From contig OZ024741.1 of the NCBI GenBank assembly GCA_964016885.1, positions 411,432,001-411,496,000 on the forward strand: DNA of 64,000 bases, read 5' to 3'. Within the stretch, counting starts at the first letter, position 1. Every line of letters begins with the position of its first letter. A model generated the notes under the pieces. The model was given only the letters and a program-made list of their open reading frames with translations. It was not told the DNA's origin and ran no database searches. This document shows positions 42,330 through 52,808 of the stretch, piece after piece. The DNA is from Eledone cirrhosa (lineage: Eukaryota). The position numbers were made by a program, and so were the translations under genes.

Positions 42330-45300
42330 CCTTTCATTACCATAATTCTAATTAAAGACACTGTCTATGTCTTTAACCCTTTCATTACCATATAGCTAAT
42401 GTAAGACACTGTCTATGTTGTTTAACCTTTCATTACCATATTTCTAATGAAAGACACTGTCTATGTTGTTTAACCCTTCCATTACCATATTTCTAATGTA
42501 AGACACTGTCTATGTTGTTTAACCCTTTCATTACCATATTTCTAATGAAAGACACTGTCTATGTTGTTTAACCCTTCCATTACCATATTTCTAATGTAAG
42601 ACACTGTCTATGTTGTTTAACCCTTTCATTTCCATATTTCTAATGTAAGACACTGTCTATGTTGTTTAACCCATCCATTACCATATTTCTAATGTAAGAC
42701 ACTGTCTATGTTGTTTAACCCTTTCATTACCATATTTCTAATGTAAGACACTTTCTATGTTGTTTAACTCTTCCATTACCATATTTCTAATGTAAGACAC
42801 TGTCTATGTTGTTTAACCCTTCATTACCATATTTCTAATGTAAGACACTGTCTATGTTGTTTAACCCTTTCATTACCATATTTCTAATGGAAGACACTGT
42901 CTATGTTGTTTAACACTTTCATTACCATATTTCTAATGTAAAGCACTGTCTATGTTGTTTAACCCTTTCATTACCATGTTTCTAATGTAAGACACTGTCT
43001 ATGTTGTTTAACCCTTCCATTACCATATTTCTAATGTAAAGCACTGTCTATGTTGTTTAACCCTTTCATTACCATATTTATAATGAAAGACACTGTCTAT
43101 GTTCTTTAACCCTTTCATTACCATATTTATAATGTAAGGCACTGTCTATGTTGTTTACCCCTTTCATTACCATATTTCTAATGTAAAGCACTGTCTATGT
43201 TGTTTAACCCTTTCATTACCATATTTCTAATGTAAGACACTGTCTATGTTGTTTAACCCTTTCACTACCATATTTCTAATGTAAGACACAGTCTATGTTG
43301 TTTAACCCTTCCGTTACCATATTTCTAATGTAAGACACTGTCTATGTTGTTTAACCCTTCCATTACCATATTTCTAATGTAAGACACTGTCTATGTTGTA
43401 TAACCCTTCCATTACCATATTTCTAATGAAAGACACTGTCTATGTTGTTTAACCCTTCCATTACCATATTTCTAATGTAAGGCACTGTCCATGTTGTTTA
43501 ACCCTTTCATTACCATATTTCTAATGAAAGACACTGTCTATGTTGTTTAACCCTTCCATTACCATATTTCTAATGTAAGACACTGTCTATGTTGTTTAAC
43601 CCTTTCACTACCATATTTCTAATGTAAGACACTTTCTATGTTGTTTAACTCTTCCATTACCATATTTCTAATGAAAGACACTGTCTATGTTGTTTAACCC
43701 TTTCATTACCATATTTCTAATGTAAGACAGTGTCTATGTTGTTTAACCATTTCATTACCATATTTCTAATGAATGACACTGTCTATGTTGTTTAACCCTT
43801 TCACTACCATATTTCTAATGTAAGACACTGTCTATGTTGTTTAACCCTTCCATTACCATATTTCTAATGAAAGACACTCTCTATGTTGTTTAACCCTTCC
43901 ATTACCATATTTCTAATGTAAGGCACTGTCCATGTTGTTTAACCTTTTCATTACCATATTTCTAATGAAAGACACTGTCTATGTTGTTTAACCCTTCCAT
44001 TACCATATTTCTAATGTAAGACACTGTCTATGTTGTTTAACCCTTTCATTACCATATTTCTAATGAAAGACACTGTCTATGTTGTTTAACCCTTTCATTA
44101 CCATATTTCTAATGTAAAACATTGTCTATGTTGTTTAACCCTTTCATTACCATATTTCTAATGTAAGACGCTGTCTATGTTGTTTAACCCTTTCATTACC
44201 ATATTTCTAATGAAAGACACTGTCTATGTTGTTTAACCCTTTCATTACCATATTTCTAATGTAAGACAGTGTCTATGTTGTTTAACCCTTTCATTACCAT
44301 ATTTCTAATGTAAGACAGTGTCTATGTTGTTTAACCCTTTCATTACCATATTTCTAATGTAAGACACTGTCTATGTTGTTTAACCCTTTCATTACCATAT
44401 TTCTAATGAAAGACAGTGTCTATGTTGTATAACCCTTCCATTACCATATTTCTAATGAAAGACACTGTCTATGTTGTTTAACCCTTTCATTACCATATTT
44501 CTAATGAAAGACACTGTCTATGTTGTTTAACCCTTCATTACCATATTTCTAATGTAAGACAGTGTCTATGTTGTTTAACCCTTTCATTACCATATTTCTA
44601 ATGTAAGACAGTGTCTATGTTGTTTAACCCTTTCATTACCATATTTCTAATGTAAGACAGTGTCTATGTTGTTTAACCCTTTCATTACCATATTTCTAAT
44701 GTAAGACAGTGTCTATGTTGTTTAACCCTTTCATTACCATATTTCTAATGTAAGACAGTGTCTATGTTGTTTAACCCTTTCATTACCATATTTCTAATGT
44801 AAGACAGTGTCTATGTTGTTTAACCCTTTCATTACCATATTTCTAATGTAAGACAGTGTCTATGTTGTTTAACCCTTTCATTACCATATTTCTAATGAAA
44901 GACACTGTCTATGTTGTTTAACCCTTTCATTACCATATTTCTAATGTAAGACAGTGTCTATGTTGTTTAACCCTTTCATTACCATATTTCTAATGAAAGA
45001 CACTGTCTATGTTGTTTAACCCTTCATTACCATATTTCTAATGAAAGACACTGTCTATGTTGTTTAACCCTTTCATTACCATATTTCTAATGTAAGACAC
45101 TGTCTATGTTGTTTAACCCATCCATTACCATATTTCTAATGTAAGACACTGTCTATGTTGTTTAACCCTTTCATTACCATATTTCTAATGTAAGACACTG
45201 TCTATGTTGTTTAACCCTTTCACTACCATATTTTTAATGTAAGACAGTGTCTATGTTGTTTAACCCTTTCATTACCATATTTCTAATGAAAGACACTGTG

Positions 45301-46350
45301 TATGTTGTTTAACCCTTTCATTACCATATTTCTAATGTAAGACAGTGTCTATGTTGTTTAACCCTTTCATTACCATATTTCTAATGTAAGACAGTGTCTA
45401 TGTTGTTTAACCCTTTCATTACAATATTTCTAATGTAAGACAGTGTCTATGTTGTTTAACCCTTTCATTACCATATTTCTAATGTAAGACAGTGTCTATG
45501 TTGTTTAACCCTTTCATTACCATATTTCTAATGTAAGACAGTGTCTATGTTGTTTAACCCTTTCAGTACCATATTTCTAATGTAAGACAGTGTCTATGTT
45601 GTTTAACCCTTTCATTACCATATTTCTAATGTAAGACAGTGTCTATGTTGTTTAACCCTTTCATTACCATATTTCTAATGTAAGACAGTGTCTATGTTGT
45701 TTAACCCTTTCATTACCATATTTCTAATGTAAGACAGTGTCTATGTTGTTTAACCCTTTCATTACCATATTTCTAATGTAAGACAGTGTCTATGTTGTTT
45801 AACCCTTTCATTACCATATTTCTAATGAAAGACACTGTCTATGTTGTTTAACCCTTTCATTACCATATTTCTAATGTAAGACAGTGTCTATGTTGTTTAA
45901 CCCTTTCATTACCATATTTCTAATGAAAGACACTGTCTATGTTGTTTAACCCTTCATTACCATATTTCTAATGAAAGACACTGTCTATGTTGTTTAACCC
46001 TTTCATTACCATATTTCTAATGAAAGACACTGTCTATGTTGTTTAACCCTTCATTACCATATTTCTAATGTAAGACAGTGTCTATGTTGTTTAACCCTTT
46101 CATTACCATATTTCTAATGTAAGACACTGTCTATGTTGTTTAACCCTTTCATTACCATATTTCTAATGTAAGACACTGTCTATGTTGTTTAACCCTTTCA
46201 TTACCATATTTCTAATGTAAGACACTGTCTATGTTGTTTAACCCTTTCATTACCATATTTCTAATGAAAGACACTGTCTACGTTGTTTAACCCTTCATTA
46301 CCATATTTCTAATGTAAGACACTGTCTGTCTTTAATTTTCTTGTTACCAT
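42330..46350. repeat. 49-bp minisatellite TTAACCCTTTCATTACCATATTTCTAATGTAAGACACTGTCTATGTTGT, about 80 copies
   Basis: Seen directly. The unit begins with TTAA followed by a MITE-like terminal repeat. Confidence 0.98.
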
Positions 46351-46509
46351 ATTTTTAATGAAAATCACTGGTTATAATTTTTCAAATCATTTTGAGAAAG
46401 ATAAAGAATTTGGCAGGATTTAGCAATAAAATTTTCCAAATTATTTTCCAAATTATTTGTAACACACAGACAATGTACTTAATTTGAAATATGGTAACGA
46501 AAAAATTAA
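46330..46509. mobile_element. Remainder and right end of a TTAA-type MITE whose left end forms the 49-bp array
   Basis: GAAATATGGTAACGAAAAAATTAA (46486-46509) is the inverted counterpart of TTAACCCTTTCATTACCATATTTC. Confidence 0.6.
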
Positions 46510-46535
46510 TTATCTATTCTAATTTTGTTTATACG

Positions 46536-46584
46536 TAATAATTGTTTCTACTTTTGGCTCAAGGCCAGCAAATACTGGTACTTT
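46536..46584 (-). mobile_element. 3' stub of the tRNA-derived SINE
   Basis: TAATAATTGTTTCTACTTTTGGCTCAAGGCCAGCAAATACTGGTACTTT matches the SINE 3' end. Confidence 0.7.
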
Positions 46585-46641
46585 AAAAAGTCTAGAAGAA
46601 AACGATCAGTAGTTATATAGAATCTATTTTTATATTTGCAG

Positions 46642-46794
46642 AGTCTTCTGATCAGACTTATTGTTTACTTAGACCTTCTTGTGGAACATTTTGACCAAAG
46701 GTTTTCCAAGATTAAACACATATACCATATTCTTCTTGTTCTCTGGTCAATATTTCCTGAAGACAGAAGTAAATTCACCGCCACTGAAAAAGAG
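46642..46794 (+). CDS. Host gene coding exon E (153 nt, SLLIRLIVYLDLLVEHFDQ...KFTATEKE)
   Basis: Acceptor ttttatatttgcAG, donor GAG|GTAAGG, phase 0-0, continues the frame of exon D. No later exon was recognised in the window. Confidence 0.85.
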
Positions 46795-46984
46795 GTAAGG
46801 TTTTTCTTTCTTTTTTCTTCTTCATTAATTGTTAGACAAAATTTCTATTAAATTAAAATTTTCCAACATAATTTTATGTAAGAAGTCATTATATATCTTA
46901 GTAATGAAATAATCATCAGTTGATTCAAATTGAGTGCAATTTTTTGGAAATACTGTAATGAAGGCTTTAAATCAACCCCACACG

Positions 46985-47022
<38 letters not shown>

Positions 47023-47265
47023 TTTTCTTTATTAACCACAAGGGTTTACATAAAGTAGACATTAAGGACAGTACAGGACAATACAGGACGGTACAAATGG
47101 GCATTTCTGCATGTAAAAAAATCAGAGGTTGAAATAAAATAACAAAGAAAAATTCCCCAATAGGGGGGAGACTTCCGAGGGACATTTGTGGACAAAGCCC
47201 ATTAAAAGACCACAGTGGCCCTGACCACCAGGGCAAGTGCCCTCTCCCAGTTTTCCGCCTTTAAT

Positions 47266-50200
47266 TTACAGACACATACTCAGAGAAGGCCCATTCATTC
47301 GGGCCATACTTGCTTCTCTCACGCATCTTTCAACAAAATGCTGGGAAGAGAGCACTTCCCTCTCTACCCTGATTTTCCTTTTCAGATGAAATTTGAAAAA
47401 GTTAATCAGGGCATCACCGAAGAGGTAAGTGCTCGTCTTCAGCCCTTTCAAACGTGTCCACCATACTATCTCTTTCGCCATGGCCACCAGACAGATAAAA
47501 ACTGCCTGCCCTTCCCGGCTAAAGGAAGAGGGCGGGGCAATCCTCACGATGGACTCAGCTGATAGCTGGATCCGTCCTACACGTGACAGCAGGTGTTCGA
47601 CATAAACCCACAAGTCAGCAATGCTCGGACACTGGACGAGTGCGTGCAGGACGGTTTCGTCGCCCTGTGCGCATCTCGGACATGCCCGGCTGATGGCACC
47701 TCCATGCCTGTAAAGTTTATCCCGAACTGGCAAAGCACCCCGGTAGCACTGCCAGGCCAGGGATTTCTGGAAGTTGTCCATAGGCCCCGGCCCGAAAGTC
47801 CTTCCGAAGAGATTGGCTAGTTGATTTTCGTCGACGCCTAGAGTTTCTCCAAGTACGTCGTCGCTCTTCCCCACCACTAATCCCCTATAGAACGCCAAGG
47901 TGGAGTTTCCACCGATCACATTGCCCGATTGGTCGAGGGCTGTGAGCACCTGAAGACAATCCAGTCTCCAAGCGCTCCCTCTCGGTCTTCGCTTGACCCA
48001 GGACTGCATCTCCGTCAAGGAGACGAGCTGGGGAAAGACGCATCTAGCAAACGGCGACCACACCTGATCACCGTCGAGGAAGAGGTGGAGATGTCGTAGC
48101 CTGAGCGCATGTCTGCGCATCATCAGCCACGGCATGCCCAGCCCTCCACGTAGCGGGTGTTGACAGCAGATTGACCGCCTGACCATCAGAGCGCGTCCCT
48201 TCCACAAGAAGCGAAAGAGCAAATGCTCCAGCGCAGTCAGGCGGGGCTTAGGACAAGGTACGACGGTCAGGCGGTAGTAGATGACGGATGCGATGTACGC
48301 ATTCGCCACCTCCGCTCGACCTTTCAGGGATAGCTTCCTCTCGGCCCATTTCTGGGTGAGAGAAGCCACCCTGCTCGTCACCTCGTCCCAGTTTTTGTCC
48401 GTCTGGAGGTCTGGACCGAACCAGACCCCTAGCAATTTAACCGGTCTGTCCGTCCAGCGCCCAACGACGCTGTTGGACGGCATGGACCTGCCTCTCCAGG
48501 TGCCGAGCTGCAGCCCCACTGACTTTTCCTGGTTGATCATTGCTCCTGTCACCGCTTCGTATTCTCTTAGTGTAGTGCCGATCGCCTCGATGTGTTTGGC
48601 GTTCGACACCACTACGGTGACATCGTCGGCATATGCTGACACGGATCTTCCGCATCCTAGTTCGCGCGGGACCCCCCTCAGCGTCTCCAGTTTGTGCAGT
48701 AATGGCTCGAGAGTCAATACGTACAATAGAGACGAGAGGGGACATCCTTGGCGGACCGAGCGCATGATGTTGAACGGTTCCGAAAGGTGACCGTTCACTC
48801 TCACCACAGAGCAGATGTCACTGTGCATGGCAGCGATCCAGCCTCTGAAGATGGGCCCAAAGCCATCCGCCCTCAGGACTGCCGTTAGGTAATGATGGTC
48901 GACCCTATCGAAGGCTTTCGACTGATCTAAATTGATCAAAGACCCACCCGTGCCAGGTTCCTTAGCTACCCTCTCTACGATGTATCGCATGAAGTGGAGG
49001 TTGTCGTGGATGGATCTGTCTGGAATGGCGCATGTCTGCGCCTCTCCCACCAGACCACCAACGACAAGTGCCAACCTCTTTGCTAGCACCTTGGCCAAAA
49101 TCTTGAACTCTGTGTTTAGCAGAGTTATGGGCCTAAAATTATCTATGTTATCCCCCTTGTTCGGATCCTTTCTCAGCAGCGCCACCGCTCCTCGGCTCAC
49201 AGAGCTGGGAATTCTCCCGTTCTGTTGCCAGTTGCAGTAGACGTCTGCCAAGAGGCCTCCGAACAAGTTTGGCATTTGTACGTAAAGTTCATAGGGCAGA
49301 CCATCCAAACCAGGCGATTTACCCTTTGTGCAACTAGTCATTGCATCCCGTACTTCAGCGGTTGTTATCGGCTTTTCGCAACACTCCGCCTCAGTGGCCG
49401 AGAGCCGTGACAGTCCGTCGAGGTAGACACTAAAGTCCATCCCTCGATCCGGCCCGCCACTGCCCCGAAACAGTTGAGCGAAGTGTCGCTGAAAAGCTTC
49501 ACACATTTGCCCGGGATCGAGTAGCTTGCGCCCGTCGTGGTCCACCAAAGACCGGATCGTGGCTTTGTTGCCACGACGCGCCTCCGCCACTCGGGCCCAT
49601 TGAACGGCTTTCGTCCCCTCATGTCTGATAGCACGCACCCTAGCTCTGACAACGCAGCCTTCGTGCTTTGCATTGAAGAATTGGTCAAGGGCCAATTTCG
49701 CCGCAAGTACGTCGGTCGCGATGCCTTTGCTAAGCGCCTCATCTAATTTTCTAACTAGTTCTCCCTCTGCTCTATTTTTCTCTATTGCTAAAGTCTTACT
49801 AAACCTAATGGACTCTATTCTAATTGCTCTTTTCAGAGCAAACCACCACTTGTTGTTGACGATGGCCCCCGTCCAGCGTTCAGCTTCCAGTAACCAGGCC
49901 CTTGTCTATGAAGTCTGTCTATGTCGATCTCACAGATCACAAATTTGTGGTCTGTGTAGTCGACTATTTTAAATTGTGGACAACTTATATTAGCCTTATC
50001 TAGTTCTCTGCAGAATACCCTATCGAGATACGATCTGGATGACCCGATGCGGTTTGTCCATGTCCACATTGGCACATTCGGGTGATCCAGTCGATACCTG
50101 TCAGACAGTTCAAAACGTCTGAGCAGGTTGGTGAGGCCCTTGCACCCTCCTCCCCTATCCACTAGCCCCACACGATCCCAGCGTGCATCCAAGATACCGT

Positions 50201-50627
50201 TCCAGTCGCCCACTAATACTAAAGAGCGGGACGTTCCAAGAAAGGTCTCTAGACGTCTGAAGAAATCTGGCCGTCCTGCCCCTGTTGGGGCGTAGACGGC
50301 TACTAGCCTGAAAGCATTGCCTTCGCTGCTGGTCACGTCCAGCACCACCGACTTACCTTCTGGGTCTAGGAAGATGGCCCGTATCGCGAGATCCAAGCCT
50401 CTCCGAAAAAGGTCGGCGACCCCTCCCCCCGATCCTGGACGGCTGGGAGATGCGCAAACATCGTAGCTGCCGAAGATCGGTGCGAAGGCCTGTGCTTCAG
50501 AGATTCTGGTTTCACTGATGGCCACCACATCTATGTTTAGTGACCTGAGGTCGTTGAGCAGGTGACCCTGCTTCCAAGATGACCCCAGGCCACGTGCATT
50601 TATACTGCCTATTCTGAGTACGGCCAT
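47266..50627 (-). pseudogene. Tx1 copy 1 ORF2 (APE endonuclease + reverse transcriptase), one frameshifting deletion near 49875
   Basis: EN motifs NARGL, SET, VYAP, GDWN, YLDRVF, TDH. RT motifs KSPGLDGLP, FRPITLLN, DQSKAFDRVDH, VRQGCPLS, YADD. C-terminal CPRC..ETVLH..C. About 60 nt are missing relative to copy 2 after YWKLNA. Confidence 0.92.
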
Positions 50628-50659
50628 GTTGGATGAGAAATGGGGCAAGTGAGAAAGGG

Positions 50660-52663
50660 TCACTTACCTTGTTCGTGTGGTGAAGGGACAGTAGAACCGT
50701 CCCTTTCGCTGGTCGTGGGTGTTTCCAAGAGGATGTCAGTGTATATCCTCTTGGTAACCGACCCTCTGAAGTCTCCAACTACATTGGGGAATTTTTGTTT
50801 TAAAGGTTTGTACTGTTCTATTGAGATTTCGATGATGCTTATGTTTGTCGGGAGAGTTCTTGGTGTTGGTGGGGTGTAGTAGTTTTTTTCTGTGATGTCT
50901 GTGTGCTGCTTTATATATTGTATGAGTTCTTTTTTTGCCATGTTTATGGCTGTGTACTTTTTGGGGGAGGGGTGATTTTGTTGCTGTTTTCTTCTTGTTG
51001 CAGTTTGGTGTGTGTGTCTTGTGTTTGCGTTGTTGGTGTTTTTGATAATGCTGGTGGTGGTGTGGTTGTTGTTGTCAGTGGTGGTGATGGTGGTGGTGTT
51101 GCTGCAAGTTTCCTTGCTGCCTTTACCCCTCTTTGTATGCCTTCGCTTTTGGAGGGTGAATCTAAGGGGTTTTTTGTTTTTTTGTTTTTGTGGCAGACCG
51201 TTTGCCACTTCACTCCCACCTCAAACTCCATGTTGGATTCTGTGTTGTCTGGGAGGGGTATGTGCTCCACAGCTGTTGGTGGTGGTAGTGGAGCCCTCTT
51301 CGGCAATTTTGTTGCTGAGGTAGCTACTTCAAATGTAGCTATTGGTGTTGCCGCCACTGATGATGCTGCTTTAGTTGTCCGTGGCCTTGGTACGGGTGCT
51401 ACGGACGTTGCCCTCCTACTCACCGTGGAAGGGGCTTCTTCGTTTGTTGCCTGCCCTGCTCTTGGTAGCAGCGGACCAGGTATTGGAAGGAGAGGGGCCT
51501 TCTTCGCTGTCTTCTGCGGGCAAAAGGCCCTGAGGTGACCCTTCGACCCACAGAGATAACATTTTGGCCGTCTTCCTTCTACACTTATAGGGAGTTGGAG
51601 TCCTTCCTCGATGTCTATGATATCGGGGATAGCGTCGATACATTCCTGGTCAGTTTGTATAAGCATTTGCATGCCTATACCTGACCAGTTCTCTCTCCCT
51701 ATTTTTTCTACTTGCAGCAAGGACAGACGCGGCCAGCCAAGGTATGGGCACGTCGGGTGGGACCTGGGTCACTTTGACCCTCACAATTTTCTGCCCGCAG
51801 TAGGAGGGCACCAAGACTATCTCCTCACTCTTTAGGGTTTCCAAAGAGTGAGACTTTGCTTCCTGGGGGGTGGCGAAAAGTACGTCTACTGTGGCGTACT
51901 TTCTGCCTCGGGTGATGTGGGTTTTGCGTGCCCAGACGCACCCGAAGGCCTTTTGGATTTGAGCCTCCGTGGCTCTCTCCACCCGATGTGAGATTTTGCT
52001 TACGGTGCGGTAAGTCACCGTCCGTAGCTGCTGGTCCTTGAAAAAATCGGGTGGAGGTTTCAGGGAAACTCTATTTGCGCTTCTTGTCACCATGGCCCTT
52101 GCGACTGCCATCTCCTCCTCTGTGACTAACACTGTCTCGATATTTCGAGCGACACCTGCAAAAGAAGTGGTCCCTTTTTCAGCAGCACCACTATTGCTGC
52201 CGTTACTGGTCTTACTGGTGGTGTTGAGAACGCTATTACAGGTATCGGTGCTATTGTTGTTGTTTTCGTTGGTACAGTTGTTGGTGTTGTTGTTGTTGTT
52301 TTCGTTGATACTGTTGCTGTTGTTACTGTTATTGTGGCTGTTGTTATTATTGTTGTTTTTGTTGATACTGTTCCTACTATTATTGTTGTTGTGGCTGTTG
52401 TTATTGTCATTGTTAATGTCGTTCTCGACCTTACCGCTGTTATTTTTGTTATTGTCGTTCTCGACTTTACCGCTGTTGTTTTTGTTGTTGCTGTTGTTGT
52501 TGTTGCTGTTGTTGTTGTTGTTGTTGTTGTTTGTGTTAGAAATATTTGTTAATTTTAAATCTGTTACAATCTTCTTTTCCTTTGTAATATTTTCATTTAT
52601 ATTTACCTCCGCTGGAACGCTGTGTTGTCTGACAGCGCTCTCTCTCTTTCTTATGTTATCCAT
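50660..52663 (-). pseudogene. Tx1 copy 1 ORF1 (gag-like nucleic-acid-binding protein), frameshifted
   Basis: Three overlapping frames (51650-52678, 50944-51720, 50660-51208). Poly-Asn N-terminus, zinc knuckle CYLCGSKGHLRAFC, Pro/Thr-rich linker. Confidence 0.8.
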
Positions 52664-52808
52664 ATTGAAATTTTTCAAAAAAAATATTTTTACACAAATA
52701 CGAATACGGCACCCCGTAAAGGGGTGCCGTATTATTTACTAGTGAACCCCTGTATTAGGTGGGTCACTTCTTCTAAACTTTTATCAAATTTAAAACTTGA
52801 ATAAAAGG

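Larger units (their letters stand above)
47022..52808 (-). mobile_element. Tx1/L1-clade non-LTR retrotransposon, copy 1, near full length
   Basis: ORF1 with a CCHC knuckle plus ORF2 (APE endonuclease, RT, C-terminal CCHC-like finger). 3' UTR with AATAAA followed by (TTA)n (46988-47021 reads (TAA)n on +). Confidence 0.93.
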
